From: Candidatus Iainarchaeum sp.
GTDB lineage: Archaea; Iainarchaeota; Iainarchaeia; Iainarchaeales; VGJJ01
Reading direction: 5' to 3'
Length of the DNA stretch: 64,000 nucleotides
NCBI GenBank assembly: GCA_043803765.1
Contig: JAZDJQ010000018.1
Coordinates: 1 to 64,000, forward strand
Shown here piece after piece: positions 47,835-57,852 of the stretch. Numbering within the stretch: the stretch's first letter is position 1; the number at the start of each line of letters is the position of its first letter. The notes below the pieces were generated by a model. It saw only the letters and a program-made list of their open reading frames with translations. It was not told the DNA's origin and searched no databases. The position numbers were made by a program, and so were the translations under genes.

Positions 47835-48533
47835 ATGACGGGTATTTTTCGCCGCGTACGGAACCGCATCCTGAAACGAACAACAGGGATGAAAAAGAAA
47901 ACAGTCCCCCGCCTTCCGTCTAACGAAACCCAACTTCACATCAGGGAAACGAAAAGAAAATCCCTCATCTACACGCCGGAAGGAAAAGCATTCATTCAAG
48001 CCCACCCGGGAATCATACGGGATTTCCTTACCGCACGAAGGGAGATACTGAAAGGAAAAGAAGAAGTGAAAAAAGGAAAAATAACCGTCGAATGGTATCA
48101 TGCCGAAGGAGATGTCCATTCAATATTATACAAAATCCGCATCGGAGGGAGATCATTTTTCATCAAGGAGCAAAGGGAGGGTTTCCAAGGACGCGAGTTT
48201 GTCCCAAGATTGGACCTAGCCAAGAGGCAGATCATGGCACTGCACGCCGCACGAAGACTGCTTCGCAACATACCCGGAGTAGAAGTGGCCAACTATCACT
48301 TGGCATGGACCAGTGGAGAAAACTCGTTCCTCATCACGGATTTCTACTATGGGGAGAACTGCAAAAAACTCATGAGGGACTCCACATCCATTTATGAAGG
48401 CATTGTTCCCCGCATCAGAAAAATCCGCGGGATTCTAAGAGGAAAATTGGGTGATGTCAAGGACTACAACATGATCTACCTTCCAGAAACTGACACTATC
48501 ATTGTATTTGACCTAAGAGAATTGACACAATAG
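47835..48533 (+). CDS. Hypothetical protein with atypical kinase-like motifs
   Basis: FFIKE, GDVKDYNMI, IVFDL. Confidence 0.6.
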   Translation: MTGIFRRVRNRILKRTTGMKKKTVPRLPSNETQLHIRETKRKSLIYTPEGKAFIQAHPGIIRDFLTARREILKGKEEVKKGKITVEWYHAEGDVHSILYKIRIGGRSFFIKEQREGFQGREFVPRLDLAKRQIMALHAARRLLRNIPGVEVANYHLAWTSGENSFLITDFYYGENCKKLMRDSTSIYEGIVPRIRKIRGILRGKLGDVKDYNMIYLPETDTIIVFDLRELTQ

Positions 48534-48550
48534 AAGAAGCGAAAAATCAT

Positions 48551-48952
48551 TCACCGCTCGTGCACCCATTGCACGACCACGCCTGCCACAATCCACTCAA
48601 TGGCACTGAAAACAATCTCGGCAACCGCAACCCCCAAAGGAGCATACCCCATAATCATCACGGGAAACATGATTCCTCCAACAAAAAAAATCATTAAACC
48701 ATAATTCACTCCCTTCCTCCAACCACTACCGGGAATGGACTTTTGAATAATAGGATAAATCAAACCCCATGCCAAACCCACAACTAGAATAGAAAGAAAA
48801 AAGAAAAACGCCCCATTACCTACCATCATATCCTGATATTGTTCTGCAAACCAAATCATCCGCGCAGGATACAACTGATCAAAAAGAATACCCAAAACGA
48901 AAAAAGAGACCGCTGCCAAAACACCTGAAACAATACTCTTCAACAAACTCAT
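48551..48952 (-). CDS. Four-TM membrane protein
   Basis: Hydrophobic helices, KG..YG motif. Confidence 0.7.
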   Translation of the reverse strand: MSLLKSIVSGVLAAVSFFVLGILFDQLYPARMIWFAEQYQDMMVGNGAFFFFLSILVVGLAWGLIYPIIQKSIPGSGWRKGVNYGLMIFFVGGIMFPVMIMGYAPLGVAVAEIVFSAIEWIVAGVVVQWVHER

Positions 48953-49054
48953 ATAAAGAAAATAATTATTGACTTTTTAAGGATTACGATATCCCGCAAA
49001 AATCCAATAGAGCGCACTCTTACCCTCTCACTATTTTCTAAACATTCAATCATC

Positions 49055-49453
49055 CTACCGTACTATTACACCACTCTTAACCTGCCGTTCACACACCAGC
49101 AGGGAGAATTTCATATCATCATCCAGTGCCGCCAAAAGCATCCCTTGACTTATTACCCCGCCTAGTTTTTTGGACTCCAAATTAGAAACAATACAAATCG
49201 TTTTCCCAATTAATTCCTCTTTACTATACCACGGTTTGACTCCTGCAACAAGAGAACGAGTTTCATCTCCCACTTCCAACGTGAGATGATATAACTTATC
49301 TTTCCCAGGAATATCCTCCACGTTAATGACCTTGGCGGTTTTGAGTTTGACAAAGTTTAGGAATTGGTCAATCGTAATAACACCATCAACATGAGGGGGG
49401 GAATTCGTATGACTCGCATCATTCGGTTTGGGAATATTAGATTGGTTATTCAT
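49055..49453 (-). CDS. Stand-alone tRNA-binding OB domain (MetRS C-terminal/Trbp111/CsaA-like)
   Basis: DKLY.L, VAG...Y..EELIGK, NL....G..SQGMLLAA. Confidence 0.88.
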   Translation of the reverse strand: MNNQSNIPKPNDASHTNSPPHVDGVITIDQFLNFVKLKTAKVINVEDIPGKDKLYHLTLEVGDETRSLVAGVKPWYSKEELIGKTICIVSNLESKKLGGVISQGMLLAALDDDMKFSLLVCERQVKSGVIVR

Positions 49454-49523
49454 ACACGAAAAAGAGAGGGAATCACTTTTAGCCTTAACGGTGAAATCAG
49501 CCTGCCAAATATTTTTTAGCCAC

Positions 49524-49841
49524 TTACACACGATTTAAATGCCTCAAGTGTGTGATAAGAGCACGATACACTTCTTTACATTTTGCATTGGAAAGTTTGA
49601 TTAGGCGTTTCTCAATACTATGCGCAGTAACCGAAAAAATGTAATTCGTTTTAATAATACTATCAAATGGCAATCCTTCACTAGTAGAAACAGGAACTCC
49701 ATGCATCTTTTCGTTACTGGTTATTCCAGCCACCACAAAATTCCCATAATATTCATACAGAATTAAGGCAGGCCTTACTTTAATCTGCGCCGAATCGGTA
49801 AATGGAATATGGGATAATACAACGTCTCCGGCCTCATACAT
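49524..49841 (-). CDS. PemK/MazF-family toxin
   Basis: GDVVL..IPFTD...KVRPALI, ITS. Confidence 0.85.
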   Translation of the reverse strand: MYEAGDVVLSHIPFTDSAQIKVRPALILYEYYGNFVVAGITSNEKMHGVPVSTSEGLPFDSIIKTNYIFSVTAHSIEKRLIKLSNAKCKEVYRALITHLRHLNRV

Positions 49842-50067
49842 GCTCCCACCTCTCATCAGCCGCGTTGTCCCACAAGGCTTTCATCCTCTCTTGTTGAATC
49901 TTAAACAGGAACTCATCGTACTCGCTGGGATGCTTGGCTTTCTTGAATGTTTGAACGAGTTTCAGCAATAATTCGGAATAAGACTGCCGCGGACTCTCCT
50001 TAATGGATTTTAATTCATTGAGCAATTGTTTGGAAACCTGAATGGTGGTCATCTTTGCTCCCTTCAT
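49834..50067 (-). CDS. Ribbon-helix-helix antitoxin
   Basis: TTIQVS...L..K...SY.E; LWDN..DE.W tail; overlaps the toxin start. Confidence 0.75.
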   Translation of the reverse strand: MKGAKMTTIQVSKQLLNELKSIKESPRQSYSELLLKLVQTFKKAKHPSEYDEFLFKIQQERMKALWDNAADERWEHV

Positions 50068-50254
50068 TGTATAAGTACAATATAATAAGTATATAAGTGT
50101 ATTTAATTCTTCCAAGGGTAAACCGCCAACGGATTGGATTCAACATCTTCCTTTTATTTTTCAATAGGGCTGCCCAACCGAGACGCCAAAGAAGCCCTAA
50201 GATAAGGAGACTAAGTAAGAAATAGAAAAAGTGGGCGCTTGACGGTGTCTGAGT

Positions 50255-50893
50255 CTATCGTTCTTTCCCCGCTTTAAGATAAGGAAGAACCGTTCCTTCC
50301 TTCTCCGCAATGCGAATGAGATTGCGGGCATACCCCATACGTTGCAATGTTCCAATGAATGAAACGAAAGCAATCGCCCAAAGACCATATTCGATTATTT
50401 GAAAAGAAAAAGAAGGAAAAACAACCGAGAGTAATGTAGCGAGGAAAAGCAAGACAAGTTTGTCTGCGTGCTCTCCAATAGCCGGCCAATCCCTATTATC
50501 CGTGATAATCACCAACGCTACACGGGGCTTAGCATACGAGCTCCACAAACTAAAACCAAGCGCTGCCACTCCTGCAAGAGGGTGCATAATCGCCAAGCCC
50601 AAAAACAATAGGATTTCAACCAATTTGTCAATCATGGTTTCAAAGTAGTTCCCCCACAACGTTTGTTTTCCTTGAACACGTGCCACTGTGCCATCCACCC
50701 CATCCCACACTGAAGCAAGAAGCAATCCAATCAATGCAGGAGCATATTGCCCCGTGCTATAAGCAAACGCCGCATACCCTGCAAAGGGAAGGGCGAATAA
50801 AGACACTAGGTTGGGGTTTATCTTCAACCAAATAAAAGGCGTAGCAAGCAGCCCAAAAAAAGGCTTGAAGAATGAACGAAATTGACCCAGCAT
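50255..50893 (-). CDS. CDP-alcohol phosphatidyltransferase
   Basis: PN.VS, D.VDG.VAR......GNYFETMIDK. Confidence 0.9.
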   Translation of the reverse strand: MLGQFRSFFKPFFGLLATPFIWLKINPNLVSLFALPFAGYAAFAYSTGQYAPALIGLLLASVWDGVDGTVARVQGKQTLWGNYFETMIDKLVEILLFLGLAIMHPLAGVAALGFSLWSSYAKPRVALVIITDNRDWPAIGEHADKLVLLFLATLLSVVFPSFSFQIIEYGLWAIAFVSFIGTLQRMGYARNLIRIAEKEGTVLPYLKAGKER

Positions 50894-51225
50894 AGAACAT
50901 TTCACACAATCGTGGTATTTGAAACCTTATCCCTCATTCCACCTTCCTCCAAAAAAACAAAAAACAAAAAAACGGGAATCAACGAATAAAAACAAAAAAT
51001 TAACACAACCTACGCATCGTTTTTCACCCCCATTTCTCCAAAAAAAGGTAGCATTTACCCCATTTTTGAAAACAAACCCTGGATGAAAAGGAAAAATAAT
51101 ATAAAGTCCAAAGTAAAGAATTCAAAGCCTAATAGGGGGAAGTGGTTTGGTTTTACCAACCTAAACCTAAAAGAACACCTTTTGTTAGGAAAGAAGCACA
51201 GTAAAGAGATGGGGTGAAGCAAAAA

Positions 51226-51600
51226 ATGAGTCTAGTCAGTTTAACATTCGGCAATAGCCGAAATAAGATGAGTGTTCCTTCAGAAATACAGGTAATTAGC
51301 CGGCCAGAAGACCATATCGAGGTAACACCGGGGTCGGAACCCAAACTAGAGGTTCAAAAAATTTCCACTTTCATGGGATTTGACGGGGTATATATCATTG
51401 GAAAAGTCACAAGCGGAATGATTGCTCCATTCATGGTGGGCGTTTCTCCCACAGGCAAAAAATTCAGAGTAACCGAGATTGAAAGCAAATACCCCAACTG
51501 CGCAGTAGCCAAACAGGGAATGACAGTAGGGTTAAGCGTAGAAGGAATACACAAAGAAGATGTCATACAGGCTAAAGAATTACAATTCATGGCCAAGTAG
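51226..51600 (+). CDS. EF-Tu/EF-1A domain II-like beta-barrel protein
   Basis: GKVTSG.I, V.EIE......A..G..VGL; GGGGTGA RBS upstream. Confidence 0.65.
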   Translation: MSLVSLTFGNSRNKMSVPSEIQVISRPEDHIEVTPGSEPKLEVQKISTFMGFDGVYIIGKVTSGMIAPFMVGVSPTGKKFRVTEIESKYPNCAVAKQGMTVGLSVEGIHKEDVIQAKELQFMAK

Positions 51601-51805
51601 AAAACAAACCCAATTCCCCCAACTCATCACGAGGCAAACAACCCCCCCCGCTCAGGGGGCATCTTCTAAGCGAACGATTGCGTGCGCATGCGCAGTATGA
51701 ACGAGGCACGATTCGAAAAAGAGGGTGAAAGGCACCCTTATATTTCCCAACAACGTTTTACATGCAACTAGCCAATACGTTAACTACCAGGGGAAATGAT
51801 CACGA

Positions 51806-52165
51806 ATGATGAATGACATGTTCAAAACAGGCCCTACCGATGTAGAACGGTGGACAGAAGGATTGCACGCAGGAATAACAAAATGGAAAGGAGTCAAACA
51901 GAAACGAATGGGATTAGGAGATGCATTTTATTTGAATGGAGAAATTTTCGCCGAGATGAATTATACGATGCGCGAAGTCAAAGTCCGTGTAAAATTAGGA
52001 AAAACACAACAGCAACGAGCAATACAATTAGGAACAGCCCAACCGGAAATGGAACAGAACCAACACAAAGAAGGATGGGTATATGTGAACGTGGATCATG
52101 ATACTCGACTACAGGATGCAATCAACCTCGCACGACAAGCCTACATGGAAAAACAGCGACTATAA
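51806..52165 (+). CDS. Hypothetical protein (YjbR/DUF5519-like fold)
   Basis: F.LNG..FA, GWV.V, A..LARQAY pattern. Confidence 0.55.
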   Translation: MMNDMFKTGPTDVERWTEGLHAGITKWKGVKQKRMGLGDAFYLNGEIFAEMNYTMREVKVRVKLGKTQQQRAIQLGTAQPEMEQNQHKEGWVYVNVDHDTRLQDAINLARQAYMEKQRL

Positions 52166-52308
52166 TAGCAAATGATTTTTCCACTAAAAACAAACCGGCA
52201 GAAACCCAAATACTTTCATCACGTACAATCCAACAGCACCACCTAGTAGAAAAACAATCACCGTGCAGAGTCGCCTTTTTAACCTCCCATAATATAAAAA
52301 TGTGCAAC

Positions 52309-53406
52309 ATGACGAATGCACCCATTGACCCGTGGGGAGACACCCTCATCGAGGACTATTCCAGTGTTGCCCGACAATTTGGATTAGAAAAATTTGATGA
52401 AAAACTATTTCCAAAACCAAACCGGCTCATGCGACGCGGAATCGTGTTCGCAGGAAGAGACTTGAAACGCATTGCAGAAAGCATCAAAGAAAAAAAACCA
52501 TTCTATTGCCTAACGGGAATAATGCCATCCTCTGAAAAAATCCATTTCGGAACAAAAGCAGTAGTGGAAAACATCGCGTATTTCCAACAGCACGGAGGAG
52601 AAACATTTGTGTTAGTAGCCGATTTGGAATCAGCTGCCGCACGAGGAGTAAGCGTGGAAGAAGGAAGAAAACGCGCAATGGAATTTCACATTCCAGCCTA
52701 CTTAGCATTAGGATTAGATATTAAAAAAACAAAGTTTTATTTTCAAAGCGAAAACCGCACCGTGACCAAACTCGCATTCGAAGCTGCACAAAAAATAACA
52801 CTCAATGAGTTCAAAGGAGTATATGGAAACGCCGAACCCGGACGAATCATGTCCGCGGTAACGCAAATAGGGGACATGCTCTACCCCCAAGAAAAATACG
52901 GAAAACCTATTCCTGGAATTATTCCAGTAGGAATCGACCAAGAACCGCACATCCGATTATGCAGGGATTATTTGCACAAAATCCAATCAACAAAAAGATT
53001 TATTCCCATTTCTTCACTTTACCATAAATTCCTACCCTCCATGGATGGAGGATTGAAGATGTCCAAATCCAACCCAAAAGGAAACATTTCCCTGCCCGAA
53101 GATAAAAAAATAGCCGAGAAAGTGATTCAATCCGCCTTCACAGGAGGACGCGCCACATTAGCCGAACAAAGGAAACTAGGAGCAATAATTGAGAAAGACA
53201 TGGTGTACGAATTGTTGAAACAACACCTCGTTGAAAGTGATAAGGAATTGAAAAAAATTCATGACGACTACAAGAGCGGAAAAATGCTCTCGGGGGAAAT
53301 AAAACAAATCGCAGTGGAAAAAATGAATGCATTTTTAGAAAAGTTTGACGCGGACGTAAAACATTATCGGAAACATATCAAAGATGTGGAATTTGTACAA
53401 TTCTAA
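52309..53406 (+). CDS. trpS: Tryptophanyl-tRNA synthetase (archaeal type)
   Basis: IDPWG, TG.MPS..IHFG, PVGIDQ.PH, KMSKS, AFTGG. Confidence 0.93.
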   Translation: MTNAPIDPWGDTLIEDYSSVARQFGLEKFDEKLFPKPNRLMRRGIVFAGRDLKRIAESIKEKKPFYCLTGIMPSSEKIHFGTKAVVENIAYFQQHGGETFVLVADLESAAARGVSVEEGRKRAMEFHIPAYLALGLDIKKTKFYFQSENRTVTKLAFEAAQKITLNEFKGVYGNAEPGRIMSAVTQIGDMLYPQEKYGKPIPGIIPVGIDQEPHIRLCRDYLHKIQSTKRFIPISSLYHKFLPSMDGGLKMSKSNPKGNISLPEDKKIAEKVIQSAFTGGRATLAEQRKLGAIIEKDMVYELLKQHLVESDKELKKIHDDYKSGKMLSGEIKQIAVEKMNAFLEKFDADVKHYRKHIKDVEFVQF

Positions 53407-53438
53407 AAGAAAAATGATTGTTCTTCAATTCAACTAAA

Positions 53439-53512
53439 TATAGCGAACCGTTTTGATTTTTTAATTTTTCCCAGATGGTTTACCATATGCAAAAAACCCG
53501 TTGAATTTTTCA
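53439..53512 (-). repeat. Degenerate, truncated inverted copy C of the 96-bp repeat
   Basis: TATAGCGAACCGTTTTGATTTTT...ATATGCAAAAAACCCGTTGAATT aligns with the reverse complement of copy A. Confidence 0.65.
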
Positions 53513-53517
53513 CCCAC

Positions 53518-53904
53518 TCATGCTTTTGTTATAATTTCCACTGGAATACTTGTTTTTTCTTTTATGGAATCAACCCATTGTTGAAAATAAGACTGGTTAT
53601 CCGGCTGACGCAAACAAATCTTATCCACTTTTTTCATTTCGGCAATCTGCACTAATTTTTCAATCGTTTCCCCCCACTCTAAAATATCCGTGCAAAGCCT
53701 TTTGTTTCCCTTTATCTTTTCCTTCATACGCTCAACGAGTTCTCTCCCCCGCATGATTTCACTCGTTTTGAAACCAAAAGAAGAAAGAGAATGAGCATCC
53801 AGAACAAGCAATAGGTATACGACTGAAGCATCCTCCGTGGAATGATAAAGAAAAAAATCCGAACAATCATCCGGATGAAGAACAGGAATCAATACACGCG
53901 ACAT
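53518..53904 (-). CDS. Universal-stress-protein-like domain
   Basis: RVLIP, LLLVLD, WGE....LVQIA...KVD.I, PVEI. Confidence 0.6.
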   Translation of the reverse strand: MSRVLIPVLHPDDCSDFFLYHSTEDASVVYLLLVLDAHSLSSFGFKTSEIMRGRELVERMKEKIKGNKRLCTDILEWGETIEKLVQIAEMKKVDKICLRQPDNQSYFQQWVDSIKEKTSIPVEIITKA

Positions 53905-53924
53905 AAGGAAACAACCGATTTTAG

Positions 53925-54662
53925 CTATCCAACAAAAGCAAATATGTTCTTTTGCTTCTCAATCACAACTCCGTCTTCTTTAGCAAACTCCAACACAATA
54001 CGGGAAAGAACAGGAGGAATATTCGTTTCACAAGAAATGCTAGCCAAATCCACTTTCTTATGACGCTGAATACAAGATAGTGTTATAGGAGTACTCTTCT
54101 GAAGAAGGCTATTCAACACAATATAATAAAATCCGTCAAATGATTTGATCCCTTTGATTTCCCCCGCCTTAATTCTATCCGCCAAATCATACGATGCCGC
54201 TTTTGCCGCTCCTTCCGTACGCAACACTTGAAAACCATCCCGAATAAGGGAATATTCTTCCACGGGCTTCTCAGGAATAAAAGAGTTTAACTCAACCGAA
54301 AGAATTGGACTCATTTTATCCGAAGTGGCAATCTGATATATTCCTTTATCAAAATGAGGACTAGACTTTTGAATCGTTATTTTTCCCTGAGAGCGCAACA
54401 CGTTAAACGCGGACAATTCTTCATTGGATAATAAACGCTCAAATCTTCCCTCAACCAAATCGGGAGTTTTGTGCGTCTGCATAAGACGAAGGACTTTGCC
54501 TTCCAACACACTTAATGAGGGCTCGACTAATGAAAGAGACCATTCTCCTTTTCCTTTGCATTGAATAGATAGTTCCCCACTCTCGGGCAATTGAACAGAA
54601 TGAAAATCCGCCTCGCTTAAATGAGAACGAAGCCATTCAATGGATAGACGGGGGGAAGGCAT
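53925..54662 (-). CDS. Hypothetical protein, possibly with a C-terminal wHTH
   Basis: Long open frame with codon style like its neighbours. Confidence 0.6.
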   Translation of the reverse strand: MPSPRLSIEWLRSHLSEADFHSVQLPESGELSIQCKGKGEWSLSLVEPSLSVLEGKVLRLMQTHKTPDLVEGRFERLLSNEELSAFNVLRSQGKITIQKSSPHFDKGIYQIATSDKMSPILSVELNSFIPEKPVEEYSLIRDGFQVLRTEGAAKAASYDLADRIKAGEIKGIKSFDGFYYIVLNSLLQKSTPITLSCIQRHKKVDLASISCETNIPPVLSRIVLEFAKEDGVVIEKQKNIFAFVG

Positions 54663-54727
54663 ACACACTATACTGTTGCTACGTGTAAAGATTTAAGGGT
54701 AGTGCGAATAAAACACGCGTATAAATG

Positions 54728-55014
54728 AATAAAGGCCAATGCAAAGCCACTTTTCTCAGGGGTTTTTACAAAGTAAAAAGGCCCATGCGATAGCAAATTT
54801 TCCCCGGGGTTTTTACGAAGTAAAAAGGCCGAAGTGAAACAACTTTTCCCCGGGGTTTTTATGAAATAAAAAGGCCGAAGCGAAGCATTCTTTTCCCCGG
54901 GATTTTTACGAAGTAAAAAGGCCGAAGCGAAGCAAATTTTCCCCCGGGGCTTTTTCCAACAGGAAAAAGGGCCGACGCGCAAGCTACTTTTCGCCGGCCT
55001 TTTTTAAAAGGCCG
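54728..55014 (+). repeat. Tandem array of six ~46-50-bp double-hairpin units
   Basis: Consensus AAAAAGGCCGAAGCGAAGCAAATTTTCCCCGGGGTTTTTACGAAGT. Confidence 0.9.
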
Positions 55015-55016
55015 AA

Positions 55017-55769
55017 TTACAACTCTCCCATCTTGTGAACAATCAACCCTTCTTTGGAAAAAACCATCTCCGCTACTCCATTATAATGACCTGTTCCCCT
55101 CATTTTGAGTATTTCCAACTGATGCCTTCTCACACGCTGACCGGTCTCATTCTCATTCTGGGAATAGGAAAATTGGATAATCCCATCCGTTAGAAAACCA
55201 ATTTCACCTGCACGAACATCAACGATTCCAGCGAGCTGCTCGGCAATAATCAAACTCGTACAACCCCAACGGACGAGCATTTCAAAAAACAATAATAATG
55301 CTTCCCGCTGTTTGTAGTCATCACGAAATAACAACCCATACGCCGTAATCGAATCAATCACCAAGCGTTTGGCACCAATCTCCGTAATCGTATCACGAAC
55401 CGTACCACCGCCTTCCTCTAACAACTTATTCACCTGATGCGCTTTGTAAAACAAGTGACGAGAAAGATTTTTTTTCTCCAAATCATAAAAATCCCACCCA
55501 AAATTAAGGCAGTGAGAATAAATACTATCCTTGCTTTCAGCAAAACTCAAGTAAACACCCGGTTCGTTCCATTTTACCGCACCATTATACAAGAATTGCA
55601 TGGCAAAAGTCGTTTTCCCCGTTCCGGCATAACCGGCAAGCAACGTATTTGTTTTCTCCTCAAAACCACTGTCAATCAATTCATCAAAGCCCGGAATACC
55701 CGTAGGAACACGCTTGACAGTAGGACGACCCTGCACAATAGAAGTGGGAATATTCACCATGTCCGGCAT
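55017..55769 (-). CDS. KaiC/RAD55-like RecA-fold ATPase (second paralog)
   Basis: TGIPGFD, GYAGTGKT, LVIDS, KMRGT. Confidence 0.9.
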   Translation of the reverse strand: MPDMVNIPTSIVQGRPTVKRVPTGIPGFDELIDSGFEEKTNTLLAGYAGTGKTTFAMQFLYNGAVKWNEPGVYLSFAESKDSIYSHCLNFGWDFYDLEKKNLSRHLFYKAHQVNKLLEEGGGTVRDTITEIGAKRLVIDSITAYGLLFRDDYKQREALLLFFEMLVRWGCTSLIIAEQLAGIVDVRAGEIGFLTDGIIQFSYSQNENETGQRVRRHQLEILKMRGTGHYNGVAEMVFSKEGLIVHKMGEL

Positions 55770-55868
55770 ACGGAAAAGAAAAGAAGGCAACGTATATAAG
55801 CGATTACCCCCGCTCAACGGCGACAGGGTTCCGCGCGCCTTAAATGGATTCTCCACCCCATCACCGCC

Positions 55869-57791
55869 ATGCTGCCATCATCCATTCCATTTCGATACGC
55901 ACAACCGAGAGAAGGACAAGAAAAAATGATAATGGATGCGCAACGCGCATTCCAAAAAGGAAAAATATTCCTCGCCCACGCCGAAACAGGACTGGGAAAA
56001 ACAGACGCAAGCCTAAGCGCGGCACTATCCGTTGCACTCTCAACGAGCACAAAAAAAACAATCATCTTTCTCACCCCAAAAAACGCACAACATGCGATTG
56101 CACTTGAAACACTTAAGGAGATTAACCAAAAATTCGGACTCAATATCCGAGCCGTTGACTTAGTGGGAAAAAAACACACCTGTTTAGAAGAAACTGTTTC
56201 CCAAAAAGAAGGAAGAGCATTTTATGAAGGATGCAAAAGACGCAAGGAAAGGGAAGCGTGCACGTTCTACAAAAATGTAAGAGGACACAATCCATTACAG
56301 CGAGAAAAAGCAAAAATTTTTAGAGAGGCATTCATGGAACAAAACAAAAAAATACATACTGCCATGGAAATAAAAGAAAACGCGGCCCGATTTGCCATCG
56401 AAGGAATCGAAACAAGCCTATGCCCCTACGAAATAAGCATGGACATGGCCAAAAAAGCCGATGTGATTGTGGCAGACTATTACCACATCTTTTCTCCCAG
56501 CGTGTCCGAACTTGTTCTTCCAAAACTAGGAAAAAAACCAGAAAATTGCATTCTTATTATAGATGAAGCACACAATCTCCCGGATAGAGTAAGAGGACTC
56601 ATGAGCACGTCACTCAACACTAAACAATTACAAAAAGCACAAGACGAAGCACATTACTTGAAAAACGAAGAATTGGAAACATTCCTATTCAAAGCAGAAA
56701 AAAACATTGAAAAAGAAACAAAAAAAATACTCAAAAAAGAAAAACTACTCACCCAAGAGGAATGGAAAAAAATCCTCTCCGAAAAAGAAGAAAACTGGGA
56801 AGACATTGGATTATGGTGCCAAACAGAAGGAGTACGCTATTTAGAAAAAAGCGGAAAAGAAAACGCAGCACTCATCGCATTGGGAGAATTCTTCGAAAAA
56901 TGGGAACAAGACGGAACAGGATACGCACGAATACTCAAAAAATGGGACAATGAAATAGATAGCTCTCTCATGCTGCGAGCACTCGACCCATCCCCTTTAA
57001 CACAAACTATTCTGGGAAAAATGCACTCCGCATTACTCATGTCCGGAACACTCTATCCATTACCAATGTATGCGGACATATTAGGCATTCCCAACGAGAG
57101 AGTCGAAATGGAGTTTTACGCATCCCCGTTCCCAAAAGAAAACAGATTGAATCTCATCTCAACAAAATATACAACCAAATTTACTGAAAGAAATGAAATG
57201 CAATACATTCTCATGGCAGAAGAATTAGGAAAAATAGTCAACCAAATACCCGGAAATACCGTGGTATATTTTCCATCATTCACCATGCTAGACAACATCG
57301 GAAGAAAAATGCGCGATACAACCTTACGACAAATGCTATTTCAAAAAGAAAACATGCGAATGCATGATACACAAAAACTCATTGGAGAATTCAGACAACA
57401 CTCCCGTGGATTCGGAAGCGTCTTACTCGCATGCACCAGCGGAAGCATGGCAGAAGGACTCGATTTCCCAGGAAACGAACTATTAGGCGTTATCATCGTA
57501 GGCGTTCCACTCGCCGAAATGAACGTGGAGACGCAAGCACTTATTGATTACTACGAAAAACGATTCAACAAAGGATGGGAATACGGATACATTTTCCCCG
57601 CCATGGGAAAAGCAGTACAAGCCGCCGGACGACTCATCCGGACACCAACCGATGCCGGAATAGTCGTATTCATGGACAAACGATACACATGGAATAACTA
57701 CAAAGGATGTCTGCCCCCAACCCAAGAATACCACCCCACGAACGAACCCTCCATAAAAGTGAAGGAATTCTGGCAGGGAAAGAAAGGATAA
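55869..57791 (+). CDS. XPD/Rad3/DinG-family Fe-S helicase
   Basis: AETGLGKT, four Cys including CPY, DEAHN, SGT, QAAGRLIR. Confidence 0.92.
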   Translation: MLPSSIPFRYAQPREGQEKMIMDAQRAFQKGKIFLAHAETGLGKTDASLSAALSVALSTSTKKTIIFLTPKNAQHAIALETLKEINQKFGLNIRAVDLVGKKHTCLEETVSQKEGRAFYEGCKRRKEREACTFYKNVRGHNPLQREKAKIFREAFMEQNKKIHTAMEIKENAARFAIEGIETSLCPYEISMDMAKKADVIVADYYHIFSPSVSELVLPKLGKKPENCILIIDEAHNLPDRVRGLMSTSLNTKQLQKAQDEAHYLKNEELETFLFKAEKNIEKETKKILKKEKLLTQEEWKKILSEKEENWEDIGLWCQTEGVRYLEKSGKENAALIALGEFFEKWEQDGTGYARILKKWDNEIDSSLMLRALDPSPLTQTILGKMHSALLMSGTLYPLPMYADILGIPNERVEMEFYASPFPKENRLNLISTKYTTKFTERNEMQYILMAEELGKIVNQIPGNTVVYFPSFTMLDNIGRKMRDTTLRQMLFQKENMRMHDTQKLIGEFRQHSRGFGSVLLACTSGSMAEGLDFPGNELLGVIIVGVPLAEMNVETQALIDYYEKRFNKGWEYGYIFPAMGKAVQAAGRLIRTPTDAGIVVFMDKRYTWNNYKGCLPPTQEYHPTNEPSIKVKEFWQGKKG

Positions 57792-57852
57792 ACCAACCCG
57801 TTTATATTCTATGACTAACGTATTTAACATATAATCGATTTGGTGGTAGTTA

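Noticed and set aside
54668-54982. 104-aa repetitive ORF over the array
   Set aside because: Unit lengths are not multiples of 3 and changes preserve base pairing rather than codons.
54728-55014. CRISPR or TIGR-type guide array
   Set aside because: Units are similar along their whole length with no unique spacers, and no cas or Nop-domain gene is in the window.
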